DNA of 64,000 bases from an uncultured Verrucomicrobiae bacterium (GCA_963726745.1 CAVSDR010000007.1:1-64000); one strand, 5' to 3'; counted from the first letter of the stretch, positions 45,359-56,528 are shown. Program-made: numbers and translations. Notes: generated by a model not told the origin, from the sequence alone.

Positions 45359-46029
45359 TACTTAAACGTCGGACGGGCGATCATGGCATAAAGATAAGCC
45401 AGCCACTCACTGAAAACTTCCTTCACTCCTTCACTGTATCGCCACCACTCCTCCCGTGGGAAGTCCGGGTTGTCGACCGCGATCACTCCCACCACTGCTT
45501 CCGCGCCGAAAGCTTTCTGGAAAAGCAGACGCGTCCGCCGCGCATGCGGTCCTCCTGTGACCACATTGACCGCCAGCACTTTCCCCTCTGCCTGCCGCAA
45601 CCGCTCGCGCAAAGCCACCGCTGCGCCATAGGTCCGATTACGCGCCCAGACCCGGGCGGGGGCGATCTTTACTTCCGCGGGCGCCAACCCCGCCGCCTTC
45701 AATCGGTCACCGGCCACACTGGCGTAAGTGTTATAGTCATTCGTGTAACCGCCGCTGCCATTCACTGGCCCGCCAGTGGCATAAATCTGCCGATACCCTC
45801 CGCGCCGGAATTCCCGCACCGCGGCCCGAACCACAAAGTCATCGTTCCAGCCTTCCACCACCAAAGTGTCGGCTGCGACCGGGGAATGGAGCGCGAGAAA
45901 GGAATAAGCTACCTGGCTAAACAGCAAGGCCGCGCCCGCAAGCAGAAGCAAGAGAACGAGCCAGCCCCTCCCAGATAACCGCCACGCTTCCCGGCGTGTC
46001 AGCAAGCCATGGAACTTCTGCGCGGCCAT
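45358..46029 (-). CDS. YdcF/DUF218-like protein
   Basis: N-terminal TM; LVVEGW, IYATGG, NRTY and HARRTRLLF. Confidence 0.75.
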   Translation of the reverse strand: MAAQKFHGLLTRREAWRLSGRGWLVLLLLLAGAALLFSQVAYSFLALHSPVAADTLVVEGWNDDFVVRAAVREFRRGGYRQIYATGGPVNGSGGYTNDYNTYASVAGDRLKAAGLAPAEVKIAPARVWARNRTYGAAVALRERLRQAEGKVLAVNVVTGGPHARRTRLLFQKAFGAEAVVGVIAVDNPDFPREEWWRYSEGVKEVFSEWLAYLYAMIARPTFK

Positions 46030-47168
46030 TAGCCTTCCACCAGCTTCGTGAAGCGGGCCACGAAAGCTTCCCGGCTAAACCTTTGCGCGCGCGCCCGCGC
46101 GGCCACGCTCATCTGCGCGCGCAAGCTTTCGTCCTCGAGCAAGCGGCGCGAGTAGCTGACTAGTTCTTCCGGCGTTTCCCACAGGAATCCGCTCACGCCG
46201 TGCTCGACAATTTCCTTTTGCCCGCCGCGTTGGATCACCACCGGCACGCAACCCGCCGCCATCGCTTCCACGGTGCTAATGCCAAAGTGCTCGGCCAATT
46301 CCGGACGCTGCTCCTCATCAATCCCCATCCCGGTGGCATGCCAGAAAATCGCTGCGCGCTGATACATCTCAGTCAGTGCCTGGCGTGCCACGTTTACCGC
46401 CAGATGCGCGCCCTGCCTTGCCGCGATTGGCTCGAGCGCCTTCAAGAAATCCACGTCTGTTCCCGTGGAAGGACAAGCGCCGGCCATGACGAAACTCCAG
46501 TCCATCTTGCCGGCTGTTTTCAACTCACCAAACGCGTCCAGCATTTCCCGTTGCTTCTTTCCATGTCCTTCGGCGGCAAATCGCCCGACACTTAAGATAA
46601 GCTTCTCTTTCTTTCCCACGTTCTCGTCCGCGCGCACGGCCACCGGAGGATAAACGACCTCCGAGTCCACGCCCCATCGCTTCGCGGTCCACTTCTTCGA
46701 GAATTCGGAGATCGCCAACTTGCAGTCGTAGGTTTGCAAGCGAGCGCGAACTTTCCAGCGATGCCAGGGACGCTTCGGCCAGGCGAATTCTTCCAGCGCG
46801 TGAAACGGAAACAAGATCCACAGGATTCCCTTTGGCGCGCCGCAAAAAGGCGGCGGCTCATGCACGAAAGCAATCAGCAGATCGCACGCGCCCGCGATCG
46901 CAGCTTCCTGCGCCCGCTCCGCCCGCAGTCGCTCTCTGACCTTCCAAAAGACTCCCCGGTAAGCCACCTGCGGCGGCCCGAGTCTTAGCTTCACCCGGCT
47001 AAGGTCGACCGCGGCAAAATCAGCCAGCGACTCCCGCGCCATCGTCGGCCGATAATGCACGATCTCGACCTCATGTTTCACAGCGAGACCCGCCGCCAGC
47101 ACCGCCGCCGAAACTTCCGACCCACCGAGAGACCCGCGGGAAGGTTCGTTGTAGATCGTGATCTTCAA
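46029..47168 (-). CDS. Glycosyltransferase family 4
   Basis: ILSVGRF and EHFGISTVEAMAAGCVPV; TTG start after a GGAGA ribosome-binding site. Confidence 0.9.
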   Translation of the reverse strand: MKITIYNEPSRGSLGGSEVSAAVLAAGLAVKHEVEIVHYRPTMARESLADFAAVDLSRVKLRLGPPQVAYRGVFWKVRERLRAERAQEAAIAGACDLLIAFVHEPPPFCGAPKGILWILFPFHALEEFAWPKRPWHRWKVRARLQTYDCKLAISEFSKKWTAKRWGVDSEVVYPPVAVRADENVGKKEKLILSVGRFAAEGHGKKQREMLDAFGELKTAGKMDWSFVMAGACPSTGTDVDFLKALEPIAARQGAHLAVNVARQALTEMYQRAAIFWHATGMGIDEEQRPELAEHFGISTVEAMAAGCVPVVIQRGGQKEIVEHGVSGFLWETPEELVSYSRRLLEDESLRAQMSVAARARAQRFSREAFVARFTKLVEG

Positions 47169-47178
47169 TATCTCCCCA

Positions 47179-48453
47179 TCAACTGAGCGCTGCCTTGTAG
47201 CCCGCAATTGTCTCCTCCGCGCACCGGGCCCAGCTAAACTCCCGCGCACGCGCGATGGCTGCCCGGGACAATTCGGACGCTCGTGTGTCGCTGTTCGCGA
47301 TTTCGAGAATAGCGCCGCATAGAGCATCAAGATCTCGCGGCGCGACCAGCAATCCCGCCGCGCCCACCACCTCCGGAAGCGAAGTCGTGTTGGCCGAGAT
47401 CACCGGGGTCCCGCATTGCATCGCCTCCAGCACCGGCAGGCCGAATCCCTCATACAGCGATGCGAAAACGAAGGCTGCCGCGCCACTGTAGAGCGCTGAG
47501 AGATCTTCTTCCTCCACGCGCCCAGTTAGCCTAACCCGTCCGGCCAGCGTGGGATCCGCTGTCGCCGCAGCGATAATCGCGTTGTCTTTCCATCCGCGCG
47601 GTCCGGCGATGACAAGGTTTAAGTCAAATGAAGGAGACGCGGCCGCCAGCTCACGAAAGGCTTTGATCGCGTGCTCCATGCCTTTGCGCGGTTGCAGCGA
47701 TCCCAGCGTCAGCAAATATCTACCTTCGGGAATACCGTATTTCCGGCGCACTGCTTTCAAGGCGTCGGGTTCGCGGACTGGTCGAAACACTTTGTCTGCG
47801 GCCAGGTGGGTGACGAAAACCCGCTGCGGATTCAGCCACGGCAATTCGTTGCAAAGGTCATCCCGAGTCGCGTGCGAGATACAGAACATGTAATCATCGG
47901 ACCTCAGGCTGGCGAGCGTTGCGCGTTGCATCTCTGGCGCACCGGTGTCGCAAAGTTCCGGATGCCGGAGCGGGATCAAATCGTAACAGGTAAGGAACAC
48001 ACGGAGCTTTGGGTGTTTTCGTAGCTCCGAAGGGATGGCGAGAAATAGGGAGTGGTAGATTTCGTGGCCGTGCGCCCCGCATTCATGCAGTGGCCCCCGC
48101 CGCGCTGCCGCCCACCGACTGCCACACCGAGCCAGCAAGCCCGCCGCCCGCAGGGCCAAGCCGCGTTTCCCACGGTCGTAAACCGAAGTCATGACGGCAT
48201 GCGCCGGTTTTTGATAAGTCCAATCCCAGCGTGGGTAACTAAACGGGAGACCGCTTAGTGCGCGATGATGGGAAAGGTATTTCAGCGCACCACCCACGGC
48301 CCCGAAAGAATCGCCGGCGCATAGTGTCAGCTGGCATTCCGGGGATGCCGCGAGATAAACCGCCAGTGTTTCCATCACGCGGTCGAGCCCCGTAGCGCCA
48401 GCAGGTCGGCTCTCCGAGTAGCCAAGCCAGGAGATGTCGTAAAGGACGCGCAA
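47179..48453 (-). CDS. Glycosyltransferase family 4 (mannosyltransferase-like)
   Basis: YDLIPL, LGSLQPRK and [20 protein letters not shown]; start approximate. Confidence 0.9.
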   Translation of the reverse strand: MRVLYDISWLGYSESRPAGATGLDRVMETLAVYLAASPECQLTLCAGDSFGAVGGALKYLSHHRALSGLPFSYPRWDWTYQKPAHAVMTSVYDRGKRGLALRAAGLLARCGSRWAAARRGPLHECGAHGHEIYHSLFLAIPSELRKHPKLRVFLTCYDLIPLRHPELCDTGAPEMQRATLASLRSDDYMFCISHATRDDLCNELPWLNPQRVFVTHLAADKVFRPVREPDALKAVRRKYGIPEGRYLLTLGSLQPRKGMEHAIKAFRELAAASPSFDLNLVIAGPRGWKDNAIIAAATADPTLAGRVRLTGRVEEEDLSALYSGAAAFVFASLYEGFGLPVLEAMQCGTPVISANTTSLPEVVGAAGLLVAPRDLDALCGAILEIANSDTRASELSRAAIARAREFSWARCAEETIAGYKAALS

Positions 48454-48476
48454 TTTTCCGAGGTGGTGGTGGTGCG

Positions 48477-49679
48477 TTAGCTTCGGCCCTGCGAAGCCAC
48501 GGCAAAACGATACGCCGCCATGGTTTGCGCGACGCACCGTTCCCAGCTGAAACGGGCCGCTTGCTGCAGGGAGCGGCGGGATAATTCTTCACGTTGCGCG
48601 GGTTGATTCGCCAGGCTTATCATCGCGGCGCAAAGCGCGTCTGCGTCTGATGGCGAAACCAGGATCCCTGCGTCGCCTACGACTTCTGGCAAGGCGCTGG
48701 TATTGGAAGCAATCACGGGGATTCCGCACTGCATTGCCTCCAGTGGTGGCAGACCAAAGCCTTCATAGAGCGATGGGAAGACAAAGGCAACTGCACCCGA
48801 ATAGAGCGCAGCCAGATCCTCATCATCGACAAATCCAGTGAGGATAACGCGGCCCCGCGCTGCCGTGTTTCGCTCGATCTCCTCAAGGAGCGCTTCGTAT
48901 TTCCACCCCTTGTTACCCACAAGCACCAGGTTGAAGTCGCGCATAGCCGGCTCTTGTGTGAGAGCCGCAAAACATCGCACCAAGTGCTCCATATTCTTCC
49001 GCGGCTCGAGCGTGCTGAGACTCAGGAAATACGGATTCTGCGGGATCTGGTATTTAGCCCGCGTCGCGGCGCAGAATGCCGCGTCACCGCAGGGATGGAA
49101 ACTCTCTGAGGCCGCCAGCGACGTTACGAACACGTGGTTGGCAGGCAGCGCGGGAAGACGATTGCAGAGGTCGTTCCGCGTCGCCTCCGAAATGCAAATC
49201 GCCCAATTCCGCGGCAGCAGGCTCTCGAGAGCGGACTCCATGAACTCCGTCGAGCCTTCTCTGCACCACTGGGGAAACAGAAGCGGAATCAAGTCGTAGA
49301 TCGTTAGGCAACATTGCGCGCGACGCGTCTTCCTGGCAGCAGCCGGCAGGTAGAAGGCCGGCACATGAAAGATGTCATGATCCCCTATGACGTCATCATG
49401 CCTTTGGCCGAAAAGCCGCCACACGCGCTCCCATCGGCCCCTGCGGTCAGATGCAGCGTTTCTCGCCAAAGGCACGTCTTCAAGACCTGCCGCGCCCTTT
49501 AAATACTGTTCCGCAAAGCCAGCAACGTGCGGATCGATTGTGCAGCAGAACTCCAGGTCGCATTCAGGATCATGGGCCAAGCCACGCGCGACAGAATCCA
49601 CCACCCGGCAAACGCCGGCTCGCTGCCATCGCTCGCGCTGCGCGTTACCGAGAGCGGTGACATCGTAAAGTACTCTCAA
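48477..49679 (-). CDS. Glycosyltransferase family 4 (paralog of the adjacent gene)
   Basis: [22 protein letters not shown] and [17 protein letters not shown]; start approximate. Confidence 0.9.
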   Translation of the reverse strand: MRVLYDVTALGNAQRERWQRAGVCRVVDSVARGLAHDPECDLEFCCTIDPHVAGFAEQYLKGAAGLEDVPLARNAASDRRGRWERVWRLFGQRHDDVIGDHDIFHVPAFYLPAAARKTRRAQCCLTIYDLIPLLFPQWCREGSTEFMESALESLLPRNWAICISEATRNDLCNRLPALPANHVFVTSLAASESFHPCGDAAFCAATRAKYQIPQNPYFLSLSTLEPRKNMEHLVRCFAALTQEPAMRDFNLVLVGNKGWKYEALLEEIERNTAARGRVILTGFVDDEDLAALYSGAVAFVFPSLYEGFGLPPLEAMQCGIPVIASNTSALPEVVGDAGILVSPSDADALCAAMISLANQPAQREELSRRSLQQAARFSWERCVAQTMAAYRFAVASQGRS

Positions 49680-50755
49680 AGGACCGCCGCCGTTTCGGAC
49701 TTTCTCGCGGCTTCGATTGGGGACCGTTGTTCTGTGGTCAGCCACCGCTTTACTACCTCCACCGGCGGCAATTCCCAGCCCCTTAGCCCACGAAGACGGC
49801 GCAGTAGATACTCGGCACCCAGCACAGGTTCTATAACACATTGGGAGAGAACGAATGCCAGCCGCCGCCACGGATTCCTTCGGGAGCTCCGCCCCTGATC
49901 AAAGTTCCACCGCTTCGAAAAATATTGTCGGTATTTCCGAAGTAGCCTGAGCGTGCGCTCCGACGAAGCCGCGGAGGCCGCCGCAATCGCCGCATCGATC
50001 ATCTCCTCAAGCTTTTCGCGTTGCGGCGTTGCGCCTGGCGCCGGAATCCGAGTTGCCTGCGCCGGATGGACGCGCCAGCCCGCCCAAGTCCCAGGCGCGT
50101 GCACCGAAGAGAGGAGGAGCCCCGCTCGCATGCCCCAGTGGAAGTCGCTCATGCTGCCCCAATCGTCACGAAAAAGACCGACTGCGTCGAAGGCATCCCT
50201 TCGGATCAAAAGTTGCGTAAGCGAATTGAAAACGGTCTCGCCTCCAAGATGAAGAACGCCATTATAAGGCGCATGCCGGATGTGCGGCTCCGAAAGGAGA
50301 CCATGACTGCTGCGAGCAAAAACGGAAACGCGCTCCCACGCGAAATCGAGTGTCTGGCCATCTGCACTTAGAACAATGAGCGGACAATGCGCCATCGCGC
50401 AGGCAGGGTTATCCTCCAGCGCGACGACGAGCGTCTCCAGGCAGTTTTCCGCCATCGTGTCGTCGCTCGTGGCGATGTAAACAAACTTTCCGGTTGCCCG
50501 CTCAATGCACCGGTTGATCGCCGCATAAATTCCTTCCCTTGGCGCCTGTTCAATGCGCACACGCGGATCCTCAGCCGCTGCCTCCTGCAAAAACTCCCAG
50601 CTCCCATCGTCGGAAAAGCCATCGAGGGCGAGTACTTCCCAGTCGGTGAGGGTTTGCTGGAAGATCGATCTCAACCGTTCCGGCAGGAAAGGGCGGCAGT
50701 TCAGATTTGGCAGGCAAATCGTCACCGTCGGTGCAACTACGGCTGGCGCTCTCAG
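49676..50755 (-). CDS. Glycosyltransferase family 2
   Basis: VTICLPNLN, LDGFSDDGS and IATSDD (DxD region); start approximate. Confidence 0.85.
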   Translation of the reverse strand: MRAPAVVAPTVTICLPNLNCRPFLPERLRSIFQQTLTDWEVLALDGFSDDGSWEFLQEAAAEDPRVRIEQAPREGIYAAINRCIERATGKFVYIATSDDTMAENCLETLVVALEDNPACAMAHCPLIVLSADGQTLDFAWERVSVFARSSHGLLSEPHIRHAPYNGVLHLGGETVFNSLTQLLIRRDAFDAVGLFRDDWGSMSDFHWGMRAGLLLSSVHAPGTWAGWRVHPAQATRIPAPGATPQREKLEEMIDAAIAAASAASSERTLRLLRKYRQYFSKRWNFDQGRSSRRNPWRRLAFVLSQCVIEPVLGAEYLLRRLRGLRGWELPPVEVVKRWLTTEQRSPIEAARKSETAAVL

Positions 50756-51624
50756 GGTGGCATCCGCTCTGGCAACCCGGCCTCCACGGTCGCGCCATCC
50801 GTTAGCAGAAAGGGCTGCCAAAACTCACGATCAATCTTGTCCCAGGCATGGCAGCCAAAAGGAAGACGTTCGTTGGTCAACGCAAAGCAATGCCGCGGCG
50901 CGTGCTCAAAGGCAAAACCAAGGGCCTCTTCAGGGCGCGGGATCCTGAAGCTCGGCTCGATCAGCCGCGCATAGGTGGACCAGAATAGATCCTCATGCGC
51001 TGCAAAATGCCGGATAAAATAACCAATGTTGTTCTTGTAGCCGATCGAGTGAGCAAATGTCTTCGCCCTGAGGTAAGCCCTCCGAAGCATTGGATACCCA
51101 AGGATTCGCCCACTCTGCGCGGCACAATCTGCCGGCGTCATCCACAGACCCTTCGCCTCCAAAACCTTCAGGAAAGTGGCAACCTTGCGGAGTGAGAAAC
51201 CGCCATTCCCGACCGCCCAAAGTCCTTGAGTTGTATCCCCGCGGTGTCCCCGAAACCATGGCGCGCCCACATAATCAAGACCTCTCCGGCACCAGCTTTC
51301 CAGCTCGTCTGAGAAGACGAGACTATCGAGCTGGCATATTAGGATATAACTGTATTCGCGAAACGCGCGATAAAAGCTTCGCGAAAGCATTAGCCGATTA
51401 TAGCCAGCCAGGCCTTCAAAGTAGCTGTCTGCCCAGCGAAGCACCTTCGCCTCGCGCAGAAGAAAGGAAGGATCCTCTAAGGATTCGGGCACGACGAAAT
51501 AGGTGTCGTATCGCCAGAGGTGACATTGCAGTTGTCGTAGAGATTGCTCTTCCTCGGCCGTCAGCGGCAGCCGATAAATCGGAATCACAACGGCCGCGAC
51601 ATTTTCTCTTCTGGAGACGGACAT
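50752..51624 (-). CDS. DUF5672-like protein (polysaccharide locus)
   Basis: VVIPIY, YILICQLD, DYVGAPW, VGNGGFSLR, EDLFW and LPFGCHAW. Confidence 0.8.
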   Translation of the reverse strand: MSVSRRENVAAVVIPIYRLPLTAEEEQSLRQLQCHLWRYDTYFVVPESLEDPSFLLREAKVLRWADSYFEGLAGYNRLMLSRSFYRAFREYSYILICQLDSLVFSDELESWCRRGLDYVGAPWFRGHRGDTTQGLWAVGNGGFSLRKVATFLKVLEAKGLWMTPADCAAQSGRILGYPMLRRAYLRAKTFAHSIGYKNNIGYFIRHFAAHEDLFWSTYARLIEPSFRIPRPEEALGFAFEHAPRHCFALTNERLPFGCHAWDKIDREFWQPFLLTDGATVEAGLPERMPP

Positions 51625-52607
51625 TACATCGGCTGCGCAGTGCGGCGTCGAGCGAGGCCCACCTGTCTCCGCAACGGCTTACTTTTCGCTTTGAAGGCGA
51701 CGAGCGCCGCTTCAGCTAGCCAGCGAGGACCAGGGCGCAAGGCCTCGCCGGCGCGAAGCTGACTGAGGCAAGCCTCCAACTCATCAATCGAAAGAAAATG
51801 CCGCGCGAACTCCAAAACGATTTCGGAATAGCGGCGCCGTGCGAGAAAGGCCAATCGCCGGCCGAGATCGCGGTCCATTATGAACGCAAAGTTATTTATT
51901 ACACGCGCAAGATCTCGGATGTTTTCGCCGGTTCTAATCTGCGCGGATGTTGTCGCCGACTTATGTTCTCGCCAGCAAGCCAGCAGGTGGGGATGATAAT
52001 AAATTGGATAGTGTGCGGCCAGCCGAATCCACATGTCCCAATCTAGTGCATGCGTCAGGGCGGGATTGTAGCCGCCCACTTGTTCGTAGGCAGTTTTCCG
52101 GACGACGATCGACGCGCACACAATCTTGTTCTCTACAGCAACACGCTCCAGTGCGTGCGGCAGCAGGCCTGCCTGCTCCTCTTCGCGAGCCGCTTCGCGG
52201 GTCACTTGGCCATCTTGGTCGCAGTAGCCGTTTCGTGTGAAGGCAGCCCCGGCATAAGGGTGTTGCTCCAAAGCTGTCCTTAATGTGTCGTAGAAGCCCG
52301 GAAGCACGAAGTCGTCCTGGTGTAGGATGTGTATCCACTGCCCTTGCGCCAGCTTGATGCAGCGGTTCCAAATGTGGGCCAATCCGACGTTCGCGGGTTC
52401 GCGGTGGATCTGGACGCGCTCTCCCGCAAGCTTCTGAACAAGCTTGGCAGGCGGACCAGATCTCGAACCATCGTCCACAAGGACGATCTGCATCAAGCTC
52501 GGCCCGGGATCCTGCTGCAATACGCTGCATAACGCTTCCTCAAGAAACTGTTCTGAGGGATTAAACGTCGGAATCATGACCGACCAATATGGCTGCAGAT
52601 TAGTCAT
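51624..52607 (-). CDS. Glycosyltransferase family 2
   Basis: SVMIPTFN, VDDGS, ILHQDD and DWDMWIRLA. Confidence 0.9.
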   Translation of the reverse strand: MTNLQPYWSVMIPTFNPSEQFLEEALCSVLQQDPGPSLMQIVLVDDGSRSGPPAKLVQKLAGERVQIHREPANVGLAHIWNRCIKLAQGQWIHILHQDDFVLPGFYDTLRTALEQHPYAGAAFTRNGYCDQDGQVTREAAREEEQAGLLPHALERVAVENKIVCASIVVRKTAYEQVGGYNPALTHALDWDMWIRLAAHYPIYYHPHLLACWREHKSATTSAQIRTGENIRDLARVINNFAFIMDRDLGRRLAFLARRRYSEIVLEFARHFLSIDELEACLSQLRAGEALRPGPRWLAEAALVAFKAKSKPLRRQVGLARRRTAQPM

Positions 52608-52868
52608 GACTACTGCTTGTGACGGGTTTTCGTGACTGCGCTTGCATACTATCCTAAACCCCCGTTTTAAGAGTCGAGAGCTCGATGCTTACCAGGAATC
52701 ACCATCCAGAGTTAGATGCAATCGACACGCCTGAGGCTCACCTCCCGACGTTCGCGCTGAGATAAACTGGGGCAGCGAATACGGAACGCCTTCTCATCTT
52801 GAGCCCGCTCAGAGCTATGGATACCAAAAATCTATCAGCCGCAACGGCCAGCGCGATAGCATGCCGTG

Positions 52869-54128
52869 TCAGGGCACATCATAGAGTCGCCTGCGAATAT
52901 AAGCGATCCGCTGTTTCATTACCTTTGCGAGGACGACAGGAGAATAGTGTGTCTCAATCGTCTGTCGCCCCGCTTTTCCCATCCTTTGTGAAAGAGAAGA
53001 GTCATTCGCAACGCGCCGCATAAGGTCTGCCGCCTCTTCGATCTTCGGCTCCGCCCAAAATTGCTCGCCGGAATAAGGGCCGCAGTCCTGTCCGATTCGT
53101 TCGAGGTCGTATCCGACACCCATAGAGTTCTCTGGCGTCATGTAGTCGGTGTTCCCCGACCAATTTGTCGCAATCACTGGCTTACCCCTTGCCATCGCTT
53201 CGGCCGGCCCCAGGCCGAACCCCTCGGAACGATGAAGAGAAACAAAACAATCCGCGGTGTTCCCCAGCGAATCCAATTCGGCCCGATTCATGATTCGATC
53301 TATCAAATAAATGTTCGGATAATCGGAGATGGCTTCGCGCAGAGCGTTCATCTCTACGGCTGCGCTCGCGGAATTATTGACCTTGAGCACAAGCCCGACC
53401 TGACGGTCGCTAGGCGAAAACGCACCTTTGAAGGCGGCTATTGCACCCTCGGGATTCTTGCGACGAAGGAAGCTGTGGGCATCGCAAGAGTTAAAGAAGA
53501 GAAAAGCCTTCTCAGGCAACCCGAAATCGCATCTCCCACTTGACCCGCCATCATTCACATACACCGGAACCGGCATCCGGAAGACTGGCACGGGAGAAAC
53601 GAGAGCCAGCGCGTCGTGAATGAACCGACTGCCCGCCCATACCTCGTCCACTAAAGCGAAGCTTTCTCTCCAACTATCCGGAATTTCGGGAAGTTCCCAA
53701 AACCAGTAAGCGATAGTATAGCGCCTTTTGAAACACTCCCGTTGCCACCGTTCCGCGACATGGGCGAAATTATCTGGATTTACGACTACAACAGAGATGT
53801 CATACCGCCCCTCGGATGATTCCTTGTAGGACCATGTTAAATCCAGATGACGTGAGGGGTTGCGTTCCTCCACATTGTGAATCCCGAATTCAATCGAGCT
53901 TGCTTCGAGAGTTGCGGCTAAGCCCCGGGCCGCTTGACCAAGTCCCATTTCGGCGCGCAGGTAGCCCACCAGGTTGATTCCTTCGGGAAATTCTCGCCGC
54001 CGCCTTATCGGCGAGCGCCACCTTCTCGCGAGCGCTCTGTTTCTGTAGGCGCGCACCCGAATCTCGATGAAACTCCCGCAACGACCTCTCAAGAAGCGCG
54101 CAACGCGCCTAAGTTTCTCATTGATTAA
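52869..54128 (-). CDS. Glycosyltransferase family 4 (start uncertain)
   Basis: GINLVGYLRAEMGLGQAAR, YWFWELP, RKNP and FVSLHRSEGFGLGPAEAM. Confidence 0.88.
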   Translation of the reverse strand, partial: LINEKLRRVARFLRGRCGSFIEIRVRAYRNRALARRWRSPIRRRREFPEGINLVGYLRAEMGLGQAARGLAATLEASSIEFGIHNVEERNPSRHLDLTWSYKESSEGRYDISVVVVNPDNFAHVAERWQRECFKRRYTIAYWFWELPEIPDSWRESFALVDEVWAGSRFIHDALALVSPVPVFRMPVPVYVNDGGSSGRCDFGLPEKAFLFFNSCDAHSFLRRKNPEGAIAAFKGAFSPSDRQVGLVLKVNNSASAAVEMNALREAISDYPNIYLIDRIMNRAELDSLGNTADCFVSLHRSEGFGLGPAEAMARGKPVIATNWSGNTDYMTPENSMGVGYDLERIGQDCGPYSGEQFWAEPKIEEAADLMRRVANDSSLSQRMGKAGRQTIETHYSPVVLAKVMKQRIAYIRRRLYDVP

Positions 54129-54211
54129 AAAAGTAAACCGACACCCGGATCCTGAGCGATCGTTGGAAGCCGCTGCCTTCGCACGCACTCCGACAAGCCG
54201 GTTGAGGTCGG

Positions 54212-55444
54212 TCAAAGCGCAAAACCTCTTATGTAGTCCAGCCTCCGCTCCATCCGACGCCCGATGGCCGAAGGAGATAGTAGTTCCCGAACTGTTGTCT
54301 GACCTTCTCGACCCATCTTGGCGGCTATGGAGGGCTCTTCTACAAGTCGCCTCATCCAATAGGCAGCGTGTTCCAAATCAGGTTCTGCCCAGAACTGCTC
54401 AGCCTGATAAGGTCCAAAGTCTGTGCCCAGCTTTGTCAGGGAGTAGTTAACTCCCGCGGCGTTGCCGCTGTGCATATAATCTGTATTTCCAGACCAGTTT
54501 GTGACGATCACCGGTTTGCCAAGGCTCATCGCTTCCGCGGGCCCAAGACCAAATCCTTCCGACCGGTGGAGCGAAACGAAACTGTCACAACAGCTTAAAA
54601 GGCCATTCATTCTCTCCCGGCTCATGACTTCTTCAATCAGGTAAACTCCGGGATGCTCCCCGGCTTCCGCAAGCATCTGCTCAAGATATTCTCCGCGGTA
54701 TTCCGGATTATTGATCTTCAAGACTAAGCCCACGTCCTTTCTCGAAGGAGGAAACGCTTTCTTGAATGCCCGAAGTGTGCCGATCGGATTCTTTCGCTCA
54801 AGGTAGCTCCGGGTGTCACAGGCGGTCAGGAAGAGGAATCGATCGGAAGGAAGACGAAAGTCTTGGCGCCTCGTTCCCATTCCCGTCACCAGCTGAACCG
54901 CGATTGGGACACGATAGACCGGCACAGGAGCCTTGGCGCAAAAGGCGTCCTGAACAAAACGGCTCGCAACCCAAATCTCGTCGATGCAATCCATCGCTTC
55001 CAACCACCGGTCTGGTATCTCCGAGAGCTCCCAGAACCAGTAGGCGATGGTGTAGCGGTTCCGATACATCCGTGGTGGAAGGAGTCGAAGAATCTCTGAG
55101 AGATTGTCAGGATCCAACGTGACCACTGTGATATCATACGGTTTGCCGCTGCCCTCTTTATGCGCCCAGGAAAAGTCTGTGTGCTCGCTCGGATTGCCGG
55201 CCTCTACATTAAAAACCTGAAAGGGAAAATCGATGGCACTGAAAGCACGCGCTAACGCACGGGCGGCTTCACCAAGTCCCATTTGCGCACGGATGTAGCC
55301 AACCACGTTGACGCCATGCTTTCCGGAGGCAAAGCGGCGGCCCTGGTGCCGGGATCGGAGACATTTCATTCGGGCCGCTCGCTGTCGCTCTCTTAGCTTA
55401 CGCCAAAATGATCGAAGGCGGCCAATGATCTGAAATCGCTGCAT
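54212..55444 (-). CDS. Glycosyltransferase family 4 (tandem paralog)
   Basis: GVNVVGYIRAQMGLGEAAR, YWFWELS, RKNP and FVSLHRSEGFGLGPAEAM. Confidence 0.9.
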   Translation of the reverse strand: MQRFQIIGRLRSFWRKLRERQRAARMKCLRSRHQGRRFASGKHGVNVVGYIRAQMGLGEAARALARAFSAIDFPFQVFNVEAGNPSEHTDFSWAHKEGSGKPYDITVVTLDPDNLSEILRLLPPRMYRNRYTIAYWFWELSEIPDRWLEAMDCIDEIWVASRFVQDAFCAKAPVPVYRVPIAVQLVTGMGTRRQDFRLPSDRFLFLTACDTRSYLERKNPIGTLRAFKKAFPPSRKDVGLVLKINNPEYRGEYLEQMLAEAGEHPGVYLIEEVMSRERMNGLLSCCDSFVSLHRSEGFGLGPAEAMSLGKPVIVTNWSGNTDYMHSGNAAGVNYSLTKLGTDFGPYQAEQFWAEPDLEHAAYWMRRLVEEPSIAAKMGREGQTTVRELLSPSAIGRRMERRLDYIRGFAL

Positions 55445-55483
55445 GCGAGCGGCAATGAGAAGACCGGCGGACAGGCAGGAAAT

Positions 55484-56473
55484 TTAGCTTAGCCGCGCAG
55501 GTGCCCGGGCAAAGAGTCTTCTCAGGCGTGTCCGAAGCGCCAGTTTGGAACGCAGTTGCTCGATGGGCTTTTGCCAATCAAAATTCCGCAACAATAACTG
55601 ACAGGCATAACGAGGACTGCCGAAGCGGAAGCCCAATTGCCACGCTGCACGCCATGTCCCAAGCGCACCTTCTCGATTCAGAAAAGGCCGCCAAAGCACC
55701 CGCCAATTATTGATCATCACACGGCGTAATGCGCGATAATCGTCCGGTGGTATAACGCGTAGCCGGCGCACTGCCTGGTCCAATCGTTTCACAATCGAAG
55801 CCCAATCAGCGCTCAACGTCCCGATGCTACCCTGCTCAGGATGGAGACAGTAGACCGCCCCTGGCCTCAGGACGCGCCAGACTGGAAAACGGCAGAAAGC
55901 TTGCGCCTCAAAATCGACGTCATTGGCAAGACCAATGGTCAGCTCGGGCGGACCAATTTCCTGCAAAACCTGTTGGTTCCAGAGAATTGAACTCCACTGG
56001 TAGTGTCCGTATCGCATCCACTCCGCGAGATGAGCGCGAGATTCGATACGACCGGCAAGTCGCTCATTTGCCGGATTCACTGCCAGGACCTCTCCGCTGG
56101 CCGACATATGTTGAGTCTGAAACACTACCGCGCCTAGATCGGAATTCTGCCTGAGAATTGCATGAGCCTCATGCACGAAGTTGGGCAGGAGAAAGTCATC
56201 GTCTGCCAGCGGCAGGAAGTACGGCGTCTTGATCGCCCGGAAAGCTGCGTCGAAATTCGCCAATGCACCAATGTTTCTCTGATGACGTGTATAACGAACA
56301 TTCGTCCGCTCCGTCATTAATCCGCGCATGTAGGCCTCGGTGGCGTCGGTCGAAGCATTGTCGAATACGTGGACGAGCACCGGAATGCGTGTCTCTCCTA
56401 AGACACTATCCACAGCCTTCGCGAGCCGAGCTTGCCGGTTATAGGTCGGGATGACTACCGTGATTTCCCACAT
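55484..56473 (-). CDS. Glycosyltransferase family 2
   Basis: ITVVIPTYNR, FDNASTD and LADDD. Confidence 0.9.
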   Translation of the reverse strand: MWEITVVIPTYNRQARLAKAVDSVLGETRIPVLVHVFDNASTDATEAYMRGLMTERTNVRYTRHQRNIGALANFDAAFRAIKTPYFLPLADDDFLLPNFVHEAHAILRQNSDLGAVVFQTQHMSASGEVLAVNPANERLAGRIESRAHLAEWMRYGHYQWSSILWNQQVLQEIGPPELTIGLANDVDFEAQAFCRFPVWRVLRPGAVYCLHPEQGSIGTLSADWASIVKRLDQAVRRLRVIPPDDYRALRRVMINNWRVLWRPFLNREGALGTWRAAWQLGFRFGSPRYACQLLLRNFDWQKPIEQLRSKLALRTRLRRLFARAPARLS

Positions 56474-56528
56474 AAATGGACGCCGAGATTTTAACTCCCC
56501 AAAAATCCCGAAGCAAAGAGAAGCGACT

